Shown here: positions 10,647 to 20,058 of the stretch, in pieces
How the letters are laid out: the number at the start of each line of letters is the position of its first letter
How positions within the stretch are numbered: position 1 is the stretch's first letter
Source of the DNA: Gemmatimonadales bacterium
GTDB taxonomy: Bacteria > Gemmatimonadota > Gemmatimonadetes > Palauibacterales > Palauibacteraceae
Assembly: GCA_037385645.1 (NCBI GenBank)
Contig: JARRMU010000024.1
Span: 1 to 60,715, forward strand
Direction of reading: 5' to 3'
DNA length: 60,715 bases
The notes under the pieces: model-generated
What the model saw: only the letters and a program-made list of their open reading frames with translations
Databases searched by the model: none
Told to the model about the DNA's origin: nothing
Position numbers and translations under genes: made by a program

Positions 10647-10674
10647 GTAAAGCACGTCTGTAAAGCTTAGCTTT
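10647..10674 (+). promoter_or_regulatory. Candidate operator: GTAAAG-N7-GTAAAG with overlapping palindrome AAAGCTTAGCTTT
   Basis: TGTAAAGC at 10646 and 10659, inverted repeat at 10662-10674, 50-80 bp upstream of the AbrB-type gene. Confidence 0.45.
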
Positions 10675-10725
10675 CACCAGCGCTTCGGTAACCCATCGAC
10701 GCCTGTGTGCCTAAGGAATACCCGA

Positions 10726-10941
10726 ATGTCTCTCTCGGTAAAGATGAGCAGCAAACACCAAATCGTCGTGCCTCGGGAGGCGCGCGAGGCACTGGCCCTG
10801 AAGGCGGGCGACCGTCTGCTGGTCACGGTGCGCGACGATGGGGTCATCGAGCTGGAACGGGAGCCGACAGATCTCGTCGCCGAGCTGGAGGGCCTCTTCG
10901 CCCCCTTGGGGAAGAGCGTCTGGCCGGAATTGGGTGAGTAA
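10726..10941 (+). CDS. AbrB/MazE/SpoVT-family antitoxin or DNA-binding protein
   Basis: VKMSSKHQIVVPREAREALALKAGDRL. AAGGA RBS. Confidence 0.9.
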   Translation: MSLSVKMSSKHQIVVPREAREALALKAGDRLLVTVRDDGVIELEREPTDLVAELEGLFAPLGKSVWPELGE

Positions 10942-11392
10942 ACGATCCGCGTTCCACCGCCGCGTCGAGGAAGCTCGAAGGATCCACATCGATCCGGTTG
11001 TGATAGCCTATCATTTGATGGGTCAGACGCCTGGCGTTGATCTCACAAGGCTATTGTTCACAAGCGTTCGCGGGGGACGCGTCCGGGCGCAAACATCGGC
11101 CCTATCGATCTACCAATTGCTTACTGAGCCCTATCGGGAGGGGGAGGGGGAGCTGGCGGAGCGGGCGTTCAAGTACCTGAACGGTCATCCGGGGCTCGAG
11201 ATCCTGCCCGTCACCGCGTCGGTCTCGCGTCAGGCTGCGGAGGTACAGGCGAGCCTGGGAGGCACGCCTGAGCGAGCGATCCAGGTGGCCACGGCACTCC
11301 TGGGAGGCGCGAAGGCCTATGTGGCTTATAAGACGCCACTTAGACGGATCGCTGGGATGGAGATCATCAGCCTGGACGATTTTGTAGCGTAA
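10934..11392 (+). CDS. PIN-domain (VapC-like) protein with degenerate active site
   Basis: GTG start overlaps the antitoxin end. VapC-like pattern IDPVVIAYHL / TSALSIYQLL.EPYR / AIQVATAL. Confidence 0.8.
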   Translation: MSKRSAFHRRVEEARRIHIDPVVIAYHLMGQTPGVDLTRLLFTSVRGGRVRAQTSALSIYQLLTEPYREGEGELAERAFKYLNGHPGLEILPVTASVSRQAAEVQASLGGTPERAIQVATALLGGAKAYVAYKTPLRRIAGMEIISLDDFVA

Positions 11393-11431
11393 TGGAACGG
11401 TGGCTGAAGCCCGTCTGACAACACCGGCCGC

Positions 11432-12679
11432 TCAGATGGGCCGGAAGAGCAGTCCGGACGGCATCTTCGGTGTGAAATAGGTCGACTTAGGGGGCAGGCG
11501 TCCGCCTTCGCGAACGACCGCCCAGAGGCTGGGCATCGAGACCGGAGGCAGGAGGAAGGCAGCGGCATCGGGTGCTGGCTCGGCGGCAGTGGCGGGATCC
11601 TGGTGGTACGAGAGGAGGCCGGCCGCGGAGGCGGCGTCCGCTTCCTGCCCTGTATAGCGGCGCAGAATGAGGCGGTCGAAAAGCACGCAAGCAAGGGCAG
11701 CCTCGTTGGGCGTGAGACCGGCGTGTGCGACGGCCGTGGGCCGCGCCTGCAGAACGAGCCCACGACGGCCCGCTTCCGCCGGGGCCTGGCGGGAAGCCCA
11801 GCAGACGCCGATCGCCGATCCTCCCAGCTTCCGGACTTCCTCGGCAAGGGCTTGTGGATCCTCGGGGCCGGCCTCGATCTCGAAGGAATCCGGGAGTCGC
11901 AAGTGCCAGTCGGGCGGGAGGCCACCGAGTCTTCGATGGGTCGCCCGGACGATCAGTCCGTCGTCGTGCTCGCTCACGATGGCTGCTAGAACGCGCCGAG
12001 CACCGTCTCGGTCCTGGCGTTGCCGGGCGAGCTCGAGGGCCGTCTCATATCGGTGATGTCCATCCGCGATTAGGAGATCGTCTGCAGCCACAACAGCGAG
12101 GATCTCGTTTTGCTGCTCGCGCGGAACCACGCGAACGATATGCGTGATGCCGTCCTCGGACGTCGCCTTGATCATCGGCGGCACGGACCCCGCCTGGGCG
12201 AGCAGCTCCGGGAGTTGCCGCTCGGAGTCGCGGGCGATGAAGAAGATCGGAGAGAGCTGCGCCTCGCAGGCTTTCATCAGCGCGAGGCGGTCCTCCTTGG
12301 GCCCGCGGTGCGTGCGCTCGTGCGGGAGGACCTCGCCGGTCTCGAACGTGGCCAGGCCGACAGCCGCCAGGGCAGCATGGCGAACGACCGGACGCCCCCT
12401 GTACGAGAACTCCTGCGTGTAGGAGTAGATCTCGTCGCGGTGGGCGCGGGCCAGAATCCCTGAAGCCAGCCACTCGCTCATCCGGTCCGAAGCCAGGCGG
12501 TAGCGCTCCGGAGCGCCGCCTTCGGGCAGGACGAGGCGGACCGCGTTGAACGGGCTGAGGTCTCGGAGGTGCTGCGCCTCCTCCGTGTCGATGACGTCGT
12601 AGGGAGGAGAGATCAGCTGCGATGGATCTCCGGCGGCTGCGGTGTAGTGGATTGCTGCGGTCGGGAAGATCGCTGCCAT
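11432..12679 (-). CDS. DUF1015 family protein
   Basis: PPYDVI, VLPHERT, SPIF, IADGHHRYETA, LPPKSTYFTPK. Confidence 0.92.
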   Translation of the reverse strand: MAAIFPTAAIHYTAAAGDPSQLISPPYDVIDTEEAQHLRDLSPFNAVRLVLPEGGAPERYRLASDRMSEWLASGILARAHRDEIYSYTQEFSYRGRPVVRHAALAAVGLATFETGEVLPHERTHRGPKEDRLALMKACEAQLSPIFFIARDSERQLPELLAQAGSVPPMIKATSEDGITHIVRVVPREQQNEILAVVAADDLLIADGHHRYETALELARQRQDRDGARRVLAAIVSEHDDGLIVRATHRRLGGLPPDWHLRLPDSFEIEAGPEDPQALAEEVRKLGGSAIGVCWASRQAPAEAGRRGLVLQARPTAVAHAGLTPNEAALACVLFDRLILRRYTGQEADAASAAGLLSYHQDPATAAEPAPDAAAFLLPPVSMPSLWAVVREGGRLPPKSTYFTPKMPSGLLFRPI

Positions 12680-12871
12680 TATGGTGCTCCTGGGCGCGAG
12701 TCACGGTCTGAGAGCGACGCGAAGATATCGGCCGGAGTCCCGGTCGAACCAGAGTTGCCGAGTCTTGCCGGGTACATCGGCCGAGCTAGGTTGCCCCGCC
12801 TGGTGAGGCGAGAGCTTCTGATCAACCGGGCGGTCGACGAGAAAACGCCGAACAGGGAAGGAGAATTGGCA

Positions 12872-13672
12872 TTGCCGGATCGCTCAGGCGTCAACGACGG
12901 TCCCTCGTGGCGGTTGATCCGAGGGCTCTTGGTGGACATCGACGGCACGCTTCAGGTCGCCGGGAGGCCGATCGCGGGGGCCGCAGAGGCTCTCGCCGCG
13001 CTTCGGGGCCGCCTTCCCTTCCTGTTCACGACGAACACGAGCCGGATGCCGCGGAGCGAGGTGGCCGCCGTTCTCGACGCCATGGGCTTCGACGCCAGCG
13101 CGGACGAGGTGCTGACGGCCGCAATGGCGGCTGCTCTGCGCCTTCAGCAAGAAGGCGTCACGCGCGTACAGCTTCTTGCTCCGGATTCGGTCATGCGCGA
13201 TTTCTCCGCTTTCGAGATCACGGACGCCGCTCCCGAAGCGGTCGTCGTGGCAGACATGGGACCGGGCTTCACCTTCGAGATCCTGAACGCCGCCTTCCGC
13301 AACCTGCTGGATGGGGCGCGCCTCGTGGCGATCCACAGAAACCGATACTGGATCACGGAGGCCGGGCCGACGCTGGACGCTGGGCCCTTCGTCGCGGCGC
13401 TCGAGGTCGCGGCACAGACGGAGGCGGAGTTGGTAGGGAAGCCGGAACCGGCATTCTTCGAGATGGCGGCGGCGACCCTCGGCGTTGCCGTGGATCGGCT
13501 CGCCGTGGTGGGTGACGATCCGGAGACGGACGTCGAAGGCGCCCGTCGCGCTGGCCTTTTCGCGATCCAGGTGCGGACTGGGAAAGGCGAGACGGCGAGG
13601 CCACGGGATGCTGATCTGATCATCGACTCGATTCGAGACCTTCCACCCCTACTCCTCGGAGCGGGTTCATGA
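12872..13672 (+). CDS. HAD-IIA hydrolase (LHPP/HDHD2-like)
   Basis: DIDGTL, TTNT, GKPEP.FF, VGDD.ETDV.GA. TTG start after AAGGAG is inferred. Confidence 0.9.
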   Translation: MPDRSGVNDGPSWRLIRGLLVDIDGTLQVAGRPIAGAAEALAALRGRLPFLFTTNTSRMPRSEVAAVLDAMGFDASADEVLTAAMAAALRLQQEGVTRVQLLAPDSVMRDFSAFEITDAAPEAVVVADMGPGFTFEILNAAFRNLLDGARLVAIHRNRYWITEAGPTLDAGPFVAALEVAAQTEAELVGKPEPAFFEMAAATLGVAVDRLAVVGDDPETDVEGARRAGLFAIQVRTGKGETARPRDADLIIDSIRDLPPLLLGAGS

Positions 13673-16014
13673 GCTGCCTGCGACACTCCAGACTCCTTGT
13701 CGGCGCGCTGGCAACGGCCTTGAGTCTCGGCTCGATGGAGGAGGCGAGGGCTCAACGATCGCCCTCCGAGTATCTCGGATACCCGGTGGGTGCGGATCGC
13801 AAGCTCGCCGATTGGACGGAGATCACGGGCTACCTGGCCGAGCTCGCGAACGGGAGCGAGCGGGTCCGGATAGACACGTTGGGACGAACCACATTGGGAC
13901 GTCCGTTCGTGGTCCTGACGATCAGCGATTCGCCGAACCTCGCGTCCCTGGAGAGGATCCGGGAGACACAGCTGCAGCTCGCGGACCCGAGGCGGATTCG
14001 GGATCCGGAGCACCTCGAGGAGCTCATCGAGGCCGGCCGGAACATCGTGCTCATCACTTGCTCCGTCCACTCCACGGAGGTGGGCAGCACACAGGTTCCG
14101 CTTCGCATCGCCTACCGGCTGGCGACCTCCAACCAGCCGGATATCAACGAGATCCTCGCGAATACGGTCGTCCTGCTGATCCCATCCCTCAACCCGGACG
14201 GGGTGGACAAGGTAGTCGCCTGGTACAGGAGCTCTCTCGGTACGGAATGGGAGGGAGCGTCCCCGCCCTTCCTCTACCACCATTACATCGGCCACGATAA
14301 CAACCGGGATTGGTACGCCTTCACCCAGCTCGAGACCCAGCTGACGGTGGATCAGGTCCACAACGCGTGGCACCCGCAGATCGTCCACGACATCCATCAG
14401 CAGGGACGCTACGGGAGTCGCTTCTTCGTGCCGCCCTGGATCGATCCGATCGAGCCGAACGTGGATCCCATGCTCGTGGCGTCGGGGAACGCTCTCGGCT
14501 CCGAGATCGCGTGGAGCCTCCTGCGCGAGGGCAAGAAGGGCATCGTGCTGAATGCGACATACGACGCCTGGACGCCGGCGCGTGCGTACCAGCACTATCA
14601 CGCCGGAGTCCGGATCCTCACGGAGACAGCGAGTGCGAAGCTGGCAACGCCTGTAGAGGTGGACCCCGACGAGCTGGAGGTCGGTCGCGGCTTCGACCCG
14701 CGGGAGAGATCATGGAACTTCCCCGTCCCGTGGGAGGGGGGAAGTTGGCATCTCGCGGACATCGTGGACTACATGGAGGCCGGAGCGTTCGCCCTCCTCA
14801 GACATGCTGCCCGGAATCGCGAGGCCTGGCTCCGCAATTTCGTCGGCATCGGAGAGCGGGCGGTTGCCGGCTGGCCGAGCTGGCCGGCGGCCTGGATCGT
14901 TCCGCCGGCAGTGGGCGACGGCGCGAATGGTCCGTGGCCCGCGATTGGGGTGGCTCGGCTGATCCGCGTGCTGCGAATGGGAGACGTGGAGGTGGGCCGG
15001 GCGCTCGAGCCCTTCGACGCAGCGGGTCGGCGCTTCCCCGCCGGATCGTACATCGTGGAGATGCGACAGCCGTACGCGGCGTTTGCCCAGACCCTGCTTG
15101 AGGTCCAGCGATACCCTGACCGCCGAGCCTACGAGGGGGGGCCTCTTCTGAAGCCCTATGACGTGACGGCTCACACCCTTCCGTTGTTGTTCGGCGTCGA
15201 AGCGGTGCCGGTGGAGGAGCCGCTCGAGGTCGAGAGCGAGGTGGTCCTCGAGGCGCCGGCCTATCCCGTGCCGCTCTCTGAAGCCGCCGGATTTGTGGGT
15301 TCGGACGAGCGCGTCGCCCTCTACCAGCCGTGGGTACCTTCCATGGATGAGGGCTGGACCCGCTGGATCTTCGATCAGTACGGCGTGCCCTATGGCACGG
15401 TCCGGAACGCGGAGATCAACCGCGGTGATCTAGAGGGCTTTACGTCTGTCCTCCTGGCCTCGATACCGGCCGATGTGCTGCGCGATGGGCGCGGCCAGGA
15501 CTCGCTACCGCCGGAGATGACGGGCGGATTGACGGCCGATGGCGTCGCAGCGTTGCGGCGATTCGTTGAGGGCGGCGGAACGCTGGTCGCCTTGGATCGA
15601 TCGGTCGAGTGGGCGGTCGAGGAGCTGGGCCTTCCTGTCAGGAACCTGTTGTCGGATCTGGAGGAGGAGACGTACGCGGCCCCCGGTTCGCTCGTCCGGA
15701 TCGAGTTGGAATCTCGAGAGCCGATGGCCGGGCTCTTGCCCCGTTACGTGCCCGGCTGGCTGCAGGGAGGGCAGGCGCTGGAAGCAGCCCGGGATGGCCG
15801 GGTGCGAGTCGTGGCGCGCTACGCGAGCGACGGGCTGTTGCTGAGCGGTTGGCTTCAGGGCGAAGAGTATCTGGTGGGGCATCCTGCGATTGTCGAGGTA
15901 CCACTGGGCGAAGGGCGCGTGGTCCTCTTCGGCATCCGGCCCCAGTATCGCGGCCAGTCTCTCGCCACTCTGCCCCTGCTGTTCGACGCTCTAAGGACGG
16001 CGCCCCGGGATTAG
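13669..16014 (+). CDS. Secreted M14 zinc carboxypeptidase-like protein
   Basis: Signal peptide, HSTE zinc motif, NPDG, HDNNRD, DIHQ. ATGA overlap with the HAD gene. Confidence 0.9.
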   Translation: MSCLRHSRLLVGALATALSLGSMEEARAQRSPSEYLGYPVGADRKLADWTEITGYLAELANGSERVRIDTLGRTTLGRPFVVLTISDSPNLASLERIRETQLQLADPRRIRDPEHLEELIEAGRNIVLITCSVHSTEVGSTQVPLRIAYRLATSNQPDINEILANTVVLLIPSLNPDGVDKVVAWYRSSLGTEWEGASPPFLYHHYIGHDNNRDWYAFTQLETQLTVDQVHNAWHPQIVHDIHQQGRYGSRFFVPPWIDPIEPNVDPMLVASGNALGSEIAWSLLREGKKGIVLNATYDAWTPARAYQHYHAGVRILTETASAKLATPVEVDPDELEVGRGFDPRERSWNFPVPWEGGSWHLADIVDYMEAGAFALLRHAARNREAWLRNFVGIGERAVAGWPSWPAAWIVPPAVGDGANGPWPAIGVARLIRVLRMGDVEVGRALEPFDAAGRRFPAGSYIVEMRQPYAAFAQTLLEVQRYPDRRAYEGGPLLKPYDVTAHTLPLLFGVEAVPVEEPLEVESEVVLEAPAYPVPLSEAAGFVGSDERVALYQPWVPSMDEGWTRWIFDQYGVPYGTVRNAEINRGDLEGFTSVLLASIPADVLRDGRGQDSLPPEMTGGLTADGVAALRRFVEGGGTLVALDRSVEWAVEELGLPVRNLLSDLEEETYAAPGSLVRIELESREPMAGLLPRYVPGWLQGGQALEAARDGRVRVVARYASDGLLLSGWLQGEEYLVGHPAIVEVPLGEGRVVLFGIRPQYRGQSLATLPLLFDALRTAPRD

Positions 16015-16068
16015 GCCCGGAAGACCTCCGGTTCGCCAGCCACGACCCAGGAATCCTGGGGATCCCTG

Positions 16069-17619
16069 TTAGACCACGTCCTCCGGAAAGGTCTCGAGCA
16101 CTTCCTGGACCTTGTTCAGGAAGAACGCGGCCATCGCGCCGTCGACGACCCGATGGTCGTAGCTGAGTCCGAAGTAAGACATGTGTCTGATGCCGAGGGC
16201 GTCCGCTCCCAGGTCATCCCTGACGACGACCGGACGCTTCTCGATCACCCCCGTGCCGAGAATCGCCACCTGGGGCTGGTTGATGATCGGGGTTCCGAAC
16301 AGGTTTCCAAACACGCCGACGTTCGTGATCGTGAACGTGCCGCCCTGTATGTCGTCGAAATCGAGCGTCCTCGTGCGCGCCTTCTCCGCAAGGGCGTTGG
16401 CTCCCTCCGCCAGGCCCATCAAGCTGAGTCGGTCCGCGTTCTTCAGCACCGGCACGATCAGCTCGCGACCGTCGTCAATGGCCACCGCGATCCCGAGGTT
16501 GATGTCGCCGTGATAGACGATCCGGGTGCCGTCAACGGAGGCGTTGAGAATGGGGTAGGCCTTGAGGCCCTCCACGATCGCCCTCATGATGAACGGCCCG
16601 TACGTGAGCTTCACCCCTTCAGCCTCGAACGCCGGCTTGAACTTCCTGCGCAGCTTCACGACACGTTCGAAGTCGATCTCGGTGACCGACGTGACGTGCG
16701 CCGAGACATGCTGCGACATGAGCATGTGCTCCATCGTGCGAAGCCGGACCCGGCTCATGTCCTCCACGCGATCGGCCTCGCGGATCGGGACGCGGGGCAG
16801 CTTGACCTCCAGCGTCGCTCCGTGGATCGGCAGATGCATTACGCCGGGCGGCCCTGCCGGCGCTGCCGCGGCCGATGGCACGCCGGGCGCCGGAGGGGAC
16901 GGTGCGGCCGCGGCCGGGACCTCCTCGGCGCGGGGAGCGGCATCGACCGGCTGCATCCCACGCTCGTCGATAAAGGCGAGGATATCGTCTCGCGTGACCC
17001 GTCCGGCGATGCCGGAGCCCTCGATCTGCGCGATGTCCACCCCATGCTCGGCGGCGATCTTCCGGACGAGCGGCGTGGAGCGGGTTCGCAGCCGCTCTTC
17101 TCGCGACAGGGGTGTCCCGGCCGCCGGCGGGACGGGAGGCGCTTCGACCGTCTGCGTGGACGGAGCCGTAGCGGTGATGGGCGCATCGCTGACCGGCGCC
17201 GCTGGCGCGGAGGGAGCCGTCGGCGCGCCGGAATCCGCTGCCTCGGCGGCAAGGGCTGAAGCATCCGTCATCTCCGCAGCTGGAGCCTCGGCGATCTCCG
17301 CAGCTGGAGCCGAAGGCGGTGCTTCCTCAGGGACAGCAGTCGGAGCTGCCTCCTCGGCGTCTGTCGTCACCGCCCCCTTCTCCGTCTCGATACGCGCCAC
17401 GATCGTGTTCACCTCCACCGTGTCGCCCTCCGCGACGAGGATCTCAGCGAGGACTCCGCTGGCCGGAGATGGGATATCGGCGTCGACCTTGTCGGTCGAG
17501 ATCTCGAACAGATCTTCGTCACGCTCGACTTCCGCGCCCACCTCCTTGAGCCACCTGGTGAGAGTGCCCTCGGCGATCGACTCGCCCATCTGAGGCATGA
17601 TCACATCGACCTTGGCCAT
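16069..17619 (-). CDS. 2-oxoacid dehydrogenase E2 (dihydrolipoamide acyltransferase)
   Basis: Lipoyl domain EISTDKVDADIPSP, E3-binding STPLVRKIAAEH...GRVTRDD, catalytic DHRVVDG. Confidence 0.96.
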   Translation of the reverse strand: MAKVDVIMPQMGESIAEGTLTRWLKEVGAEVERDEDLFEISTDKVDADIPSPASGVLAEILVAEGDTVEVNTIVARIETEKGAVTTDAEEAAPTAVPEEAPPSAPAAEIAEAPAAEMTDASALAAEAADSGAPTAPSAPAAPVSDAPITATAPSTQTVEAPPVPPAAGTPLSREERLRTRSTPLVRKIAAEHGVDIAQIEGSGIAGRVTRDDILAFIDERGMQPVDAAPRAEEVPAAAAPSPPAPGVPSAAAAPAGPPGVMHLPIHGATLEVKLPRVPIREADRVEDMSRVRLRTMEHMLMSQHVSAHVTSVTEIDFERVVKLRRKFKPAFEAEGVKLTYGPFIMRAIVEGLKAYPILNASVDGTRIVYHGDINLGIAVAIDDGRELIVPVLKNADRLSLMGLAEGANALAEKARTRTLDFDDIQGGTFTITNVGVFGNLFGTPIINQPQVAILGTGVIEKRPVVVRDDLGADALGIRHMSYFGLSYDHRVVDGAMAAFFLNKVQEVLETFPEDVV

Positions 17620-17681
17620 CTACGTCGTCTCTCTTTCTGTTCTTCTGGGCGCCCAGGCCCGAGCCGGCACCCCGGACGCTT

Positions 17682-18731
17682 TTAATACGCGAGCAGCCAA
17701 CGCGCCGCCGCCACGATGTCATCGGTTTGGGGCAGGTAGTACTCCTCCAGGGGAGGAGAAAACGGGATCGGAGTATCCAGTGCGGTCACTCGCCGAATCG
17801 GCGCGTCGAGCCACTCGAACGCCTCCTCACAGATTTGCGAGGTGATCTCGCCGGCGAAACCTCCGAAGCGTGACGCCTCGTGAACGATCAGTACACGTCC
17901 CGTTCGCCGAACGCTCTCCACGATGGTGCTGATATCGAGTGGGCGAAGCGTCCGCAGATCCAGAACTTCCAGCTCCGCCCCGTCCTCCTCGGAGATGCGT
18001 GACGCGGCCTCCTCGGCCTTGTAGACCATCGCCCCGTAGGTCACGATCGTGAGATCCGATCCCGCTCGGTGTGTCCGCGCCGCCCCCAGGGGCACGATGA
18101 TCTCCTCATCGATCGGCAGTTCCTCCTTGATGCGGCGATACAGATACTTGTGCTCGAAGTACAGGACGGGATCGGGATCGCGGATTGCCGCTCGCAGGAG
18201 GCCCTTGGCATCACGGGCGGTCGCCGGCGCCACCATCTTCAGACCAGCCACGTTGGCGAAGTACGATTCCACATTCTGCGAGTGAAACGGACCGGCGTGC
18301 GCCCCGCCGCCGCACGGGCCCCTTATGACTAGCGGTGCCCCGATGCCGGTTCGGTAACGGACCTTTGCGGCGAAATTGACGATCATGTCGAAGGCCGGCG
18401 CGATGAAGTCAATGAACTGCATCTCCGCGATCGGCTTGAAGCCCATCTGCGCCGCGCCGATCGCGGCGCCGACGATCGCGGCTTCGGAGATCGGCGTGTC
18501 GATGATGCGCCCGGGACCGAACTCATCCAGAAACCCTTCGGTGATCTTGAAGGCCCCGCCGTAAGTTCCCACATCCTCACCGAGAAGGAAGACGGTCGGG
18601 TCGGTCGTCATCTCTTCCCACATCGCCTCGCGTATCGCCTCGAGGTACGTCGTTTCTTTCGCGCCATCCCCGACCCTCTTGTCCTCCGGCGGCCGGTTCT
18701 GCACGACGGATTCCAGCTTCGAGTCGCTCAT
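17682..18731 (-). CDS. 2-oxoacid dehydrogenase E1 beta subunit
   Basis: GEDVG, DTPISE, EMQFIDF, HSQ, DLRTLRPLD. ATG overlaps the E1 alpha stop. Confidence 0.96.
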   Translation of the reverse strand: MSDSKLESVVQNRPPEDKRVGDGAKETTYLEAIREAMWEEMTTDPTVFLLGEDVGTYGGAFKITEGFLDEFGPGRIIDTPISEAAIVGAAIGAAQMGFKPIAEMQFIDFIAPAFDMIVNFAAKVRYRTGIGAPLVIRGPCGGGAHAGPFHSQNVESYFANVAGLKMVAPATARDAKGLLRAAIRDPDPVLYFEHKYLYRRIKEELPIDEEIIVPLGAARTHRAGSDLTIVTYGAMVYKAEEAASRISEEDGAELEVLDLRTLRPLDISTIVESVRRTGRVLIVHEASRFGGFAGEITSQICEEAFEWLDAPIRRVTALDTPIPFSPPLEEYYLPQTDDIVAAARWLLAY

Positions 18732-19765
18732 GGTCCGATACTGGGTTGGCCGAGCTCCTGGTAGACCGGGTGCCGACGGGTCCACGGAATCGGTATGACC
18801 TCTCCCTCCACCGTCTTGAATCGCGCGCCTTCGGGCTCGGGCATGGGCGCGGACAGAGCCTGCTCCACCGCCGCCGAGAGCTCGCGTCGCACTTCCTCCT
18901 TCACGACGGCCAATGAAGGACGCGACTCGAACCCCGAGTCGACGAGGTAACGTTCAAACAGGTCGATGGGGTCGCGCTCACGCCATTTGCGCAGCTCTTC
19001 CTCCGGCACGTACTCCTGAGCGTCGTGCTGGGCGTGACCGTGCATGCGGTACGTTTCGGCCACGATCAGCGTGACGCCCTCGCCGCGCCGCGCCCGATCT
19101 ACCGCGCGTCGGGTCTGGTCGTACACGTGCAGGACGTCATTGCCGTCTACGGAGGTCGCGGAGACGCCGTAGGCCGCGGCGACGTCGAGCCAGTCGGAGA
19201 CCGCGGCCTGCTGGTCGCTGCGCGTGGCGAACGCCCACCGGTTGTGGATGAGGATGACCACCAGCGGCAGCCGCTGGACCGCTGCGAGATTGAGTCCCTC
19301 GTGGGCGGCGCCCGTCCGACTCGCCCCGTCTCCGAGATAGGCCAAGCATACCCGCCGCTCACCTCGCATACGGAACGCGAGCGCCACTCCGTTCAGAACG
19401 CACAGGTGTGCTCCGAGCGGACCTATGGGACCGAGGAGCCCCAAGTGGGGCATGGTGAGGCGAAGCGCCTTGTCCCTCCCGCCCGAGGGCGAGCCGTCGC
19501 GGGCCAGATGCTGGAGGAGCAGCAGTCGAGGATCGAGTCCGCGCGCGAGAACCGCTCCCATCTCTCTCAGCGAAGGCGCCAGCCAGTCGCCCTCCTCTAA
19601 CGCGAAGGCACTGCCCACGACCGCCGCCTCCTGCCCTCGGCCGTCATACAGGTCGCCGATCACGTAACCCTGCTTGAGCAGATGCTCGAGTCGCTCCTCG
19701 AGCCCACGACTCAAGACGAGGTACCGGAACAAATCTCGGAGCTCTTCACCGGTCAGTGATGACAA
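18728..19765 (-). CDS. 2-oxoacid dehydrogenase E1 alpha subunit (TPP-dependent)
   Basis: GQEA, TPP motif GDGA...HEGLN...N, ETYRMHGHAQHD. Confidence 0.94.
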   Translation of the reverse strand: MSSLTGEELRDLFRYLVLSRGLEERLEHLLKQGYVIGDLYDGRGQEAAVVGSAFALEEGDWLAPSLREMGAVLARGLDPRLLLLQHLARDGSPSGGRDKALRLTMPHLGLLGPIGPLGAHLCVLNGVALAFRMRGERRVCLAYLGDGASRTGAAHEGLNLAAVQRLPLVVILIHNRWAFATRSDQQAAVSDWLDVAAAYGVSATSVDGNDVLHVYDQTRRAVDRARRGEGVTLIVAETYRMHGHAQHDAQEYVPEEELRKWRERDPIDLFERYLVDSGFESRPSLAVVKEEVRRELSAAVEQALSAPMPEPEGARFKTVEGEVIPIPWTRRHPVYQELGQPSIGP

Positions 19766-19938
19766 GACGCTACTCCACCGGGTGATCGCCGGCCCACCAG
19801 AAGAGGTCGGCCTCGTTCTCTCAGCCCCGTCCTCGGAGGCGAGTCACGCGAACATACCTTGTCGCGGGGCCGGTTTCAATCGGAGGGTCGAAGTCGAGGC
19901 AGAAACTCGCCCGTCCGAGATCAAAGCACCGCTGCTCA

Positions 19939-19960
19939 CTTTACGTCAACGCTTTACGTC
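19939..19960 (-). promoter_or_regulatory. Direct repeat GACGTAAAG-N4-GACGTAAAG (contains GTAAAG-N7-GTAAAG)
   Basis: CTTTACGTC at 19939 and 19952 on the + strand, in the intergenic region upstream of E1 alpha. Confidence 0.4.
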
Positions 19961-20058
19961 CGAGGGATGAAGGAGCACCAGGGCGCCCGCTGGAGCCTGT
20001 AATCATAGAAGGATGTCCGAATGGCTGGTGTAGGCCCGGCGGGTCGTCGCTCTACCTC

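Noticed and set aside
17270-17311. 18-bp direct repeat with 24-bp period
   Set aside because: In-frame duplication in the Ala/Pro/Glu linker of E2; ordinary.
16069-19765. Missing E3 (lpd) in the dehydrogenase operon
   Set aside because: E3 is commonly encoded elsewhere and shared between complexes; cannot be judged from one window.
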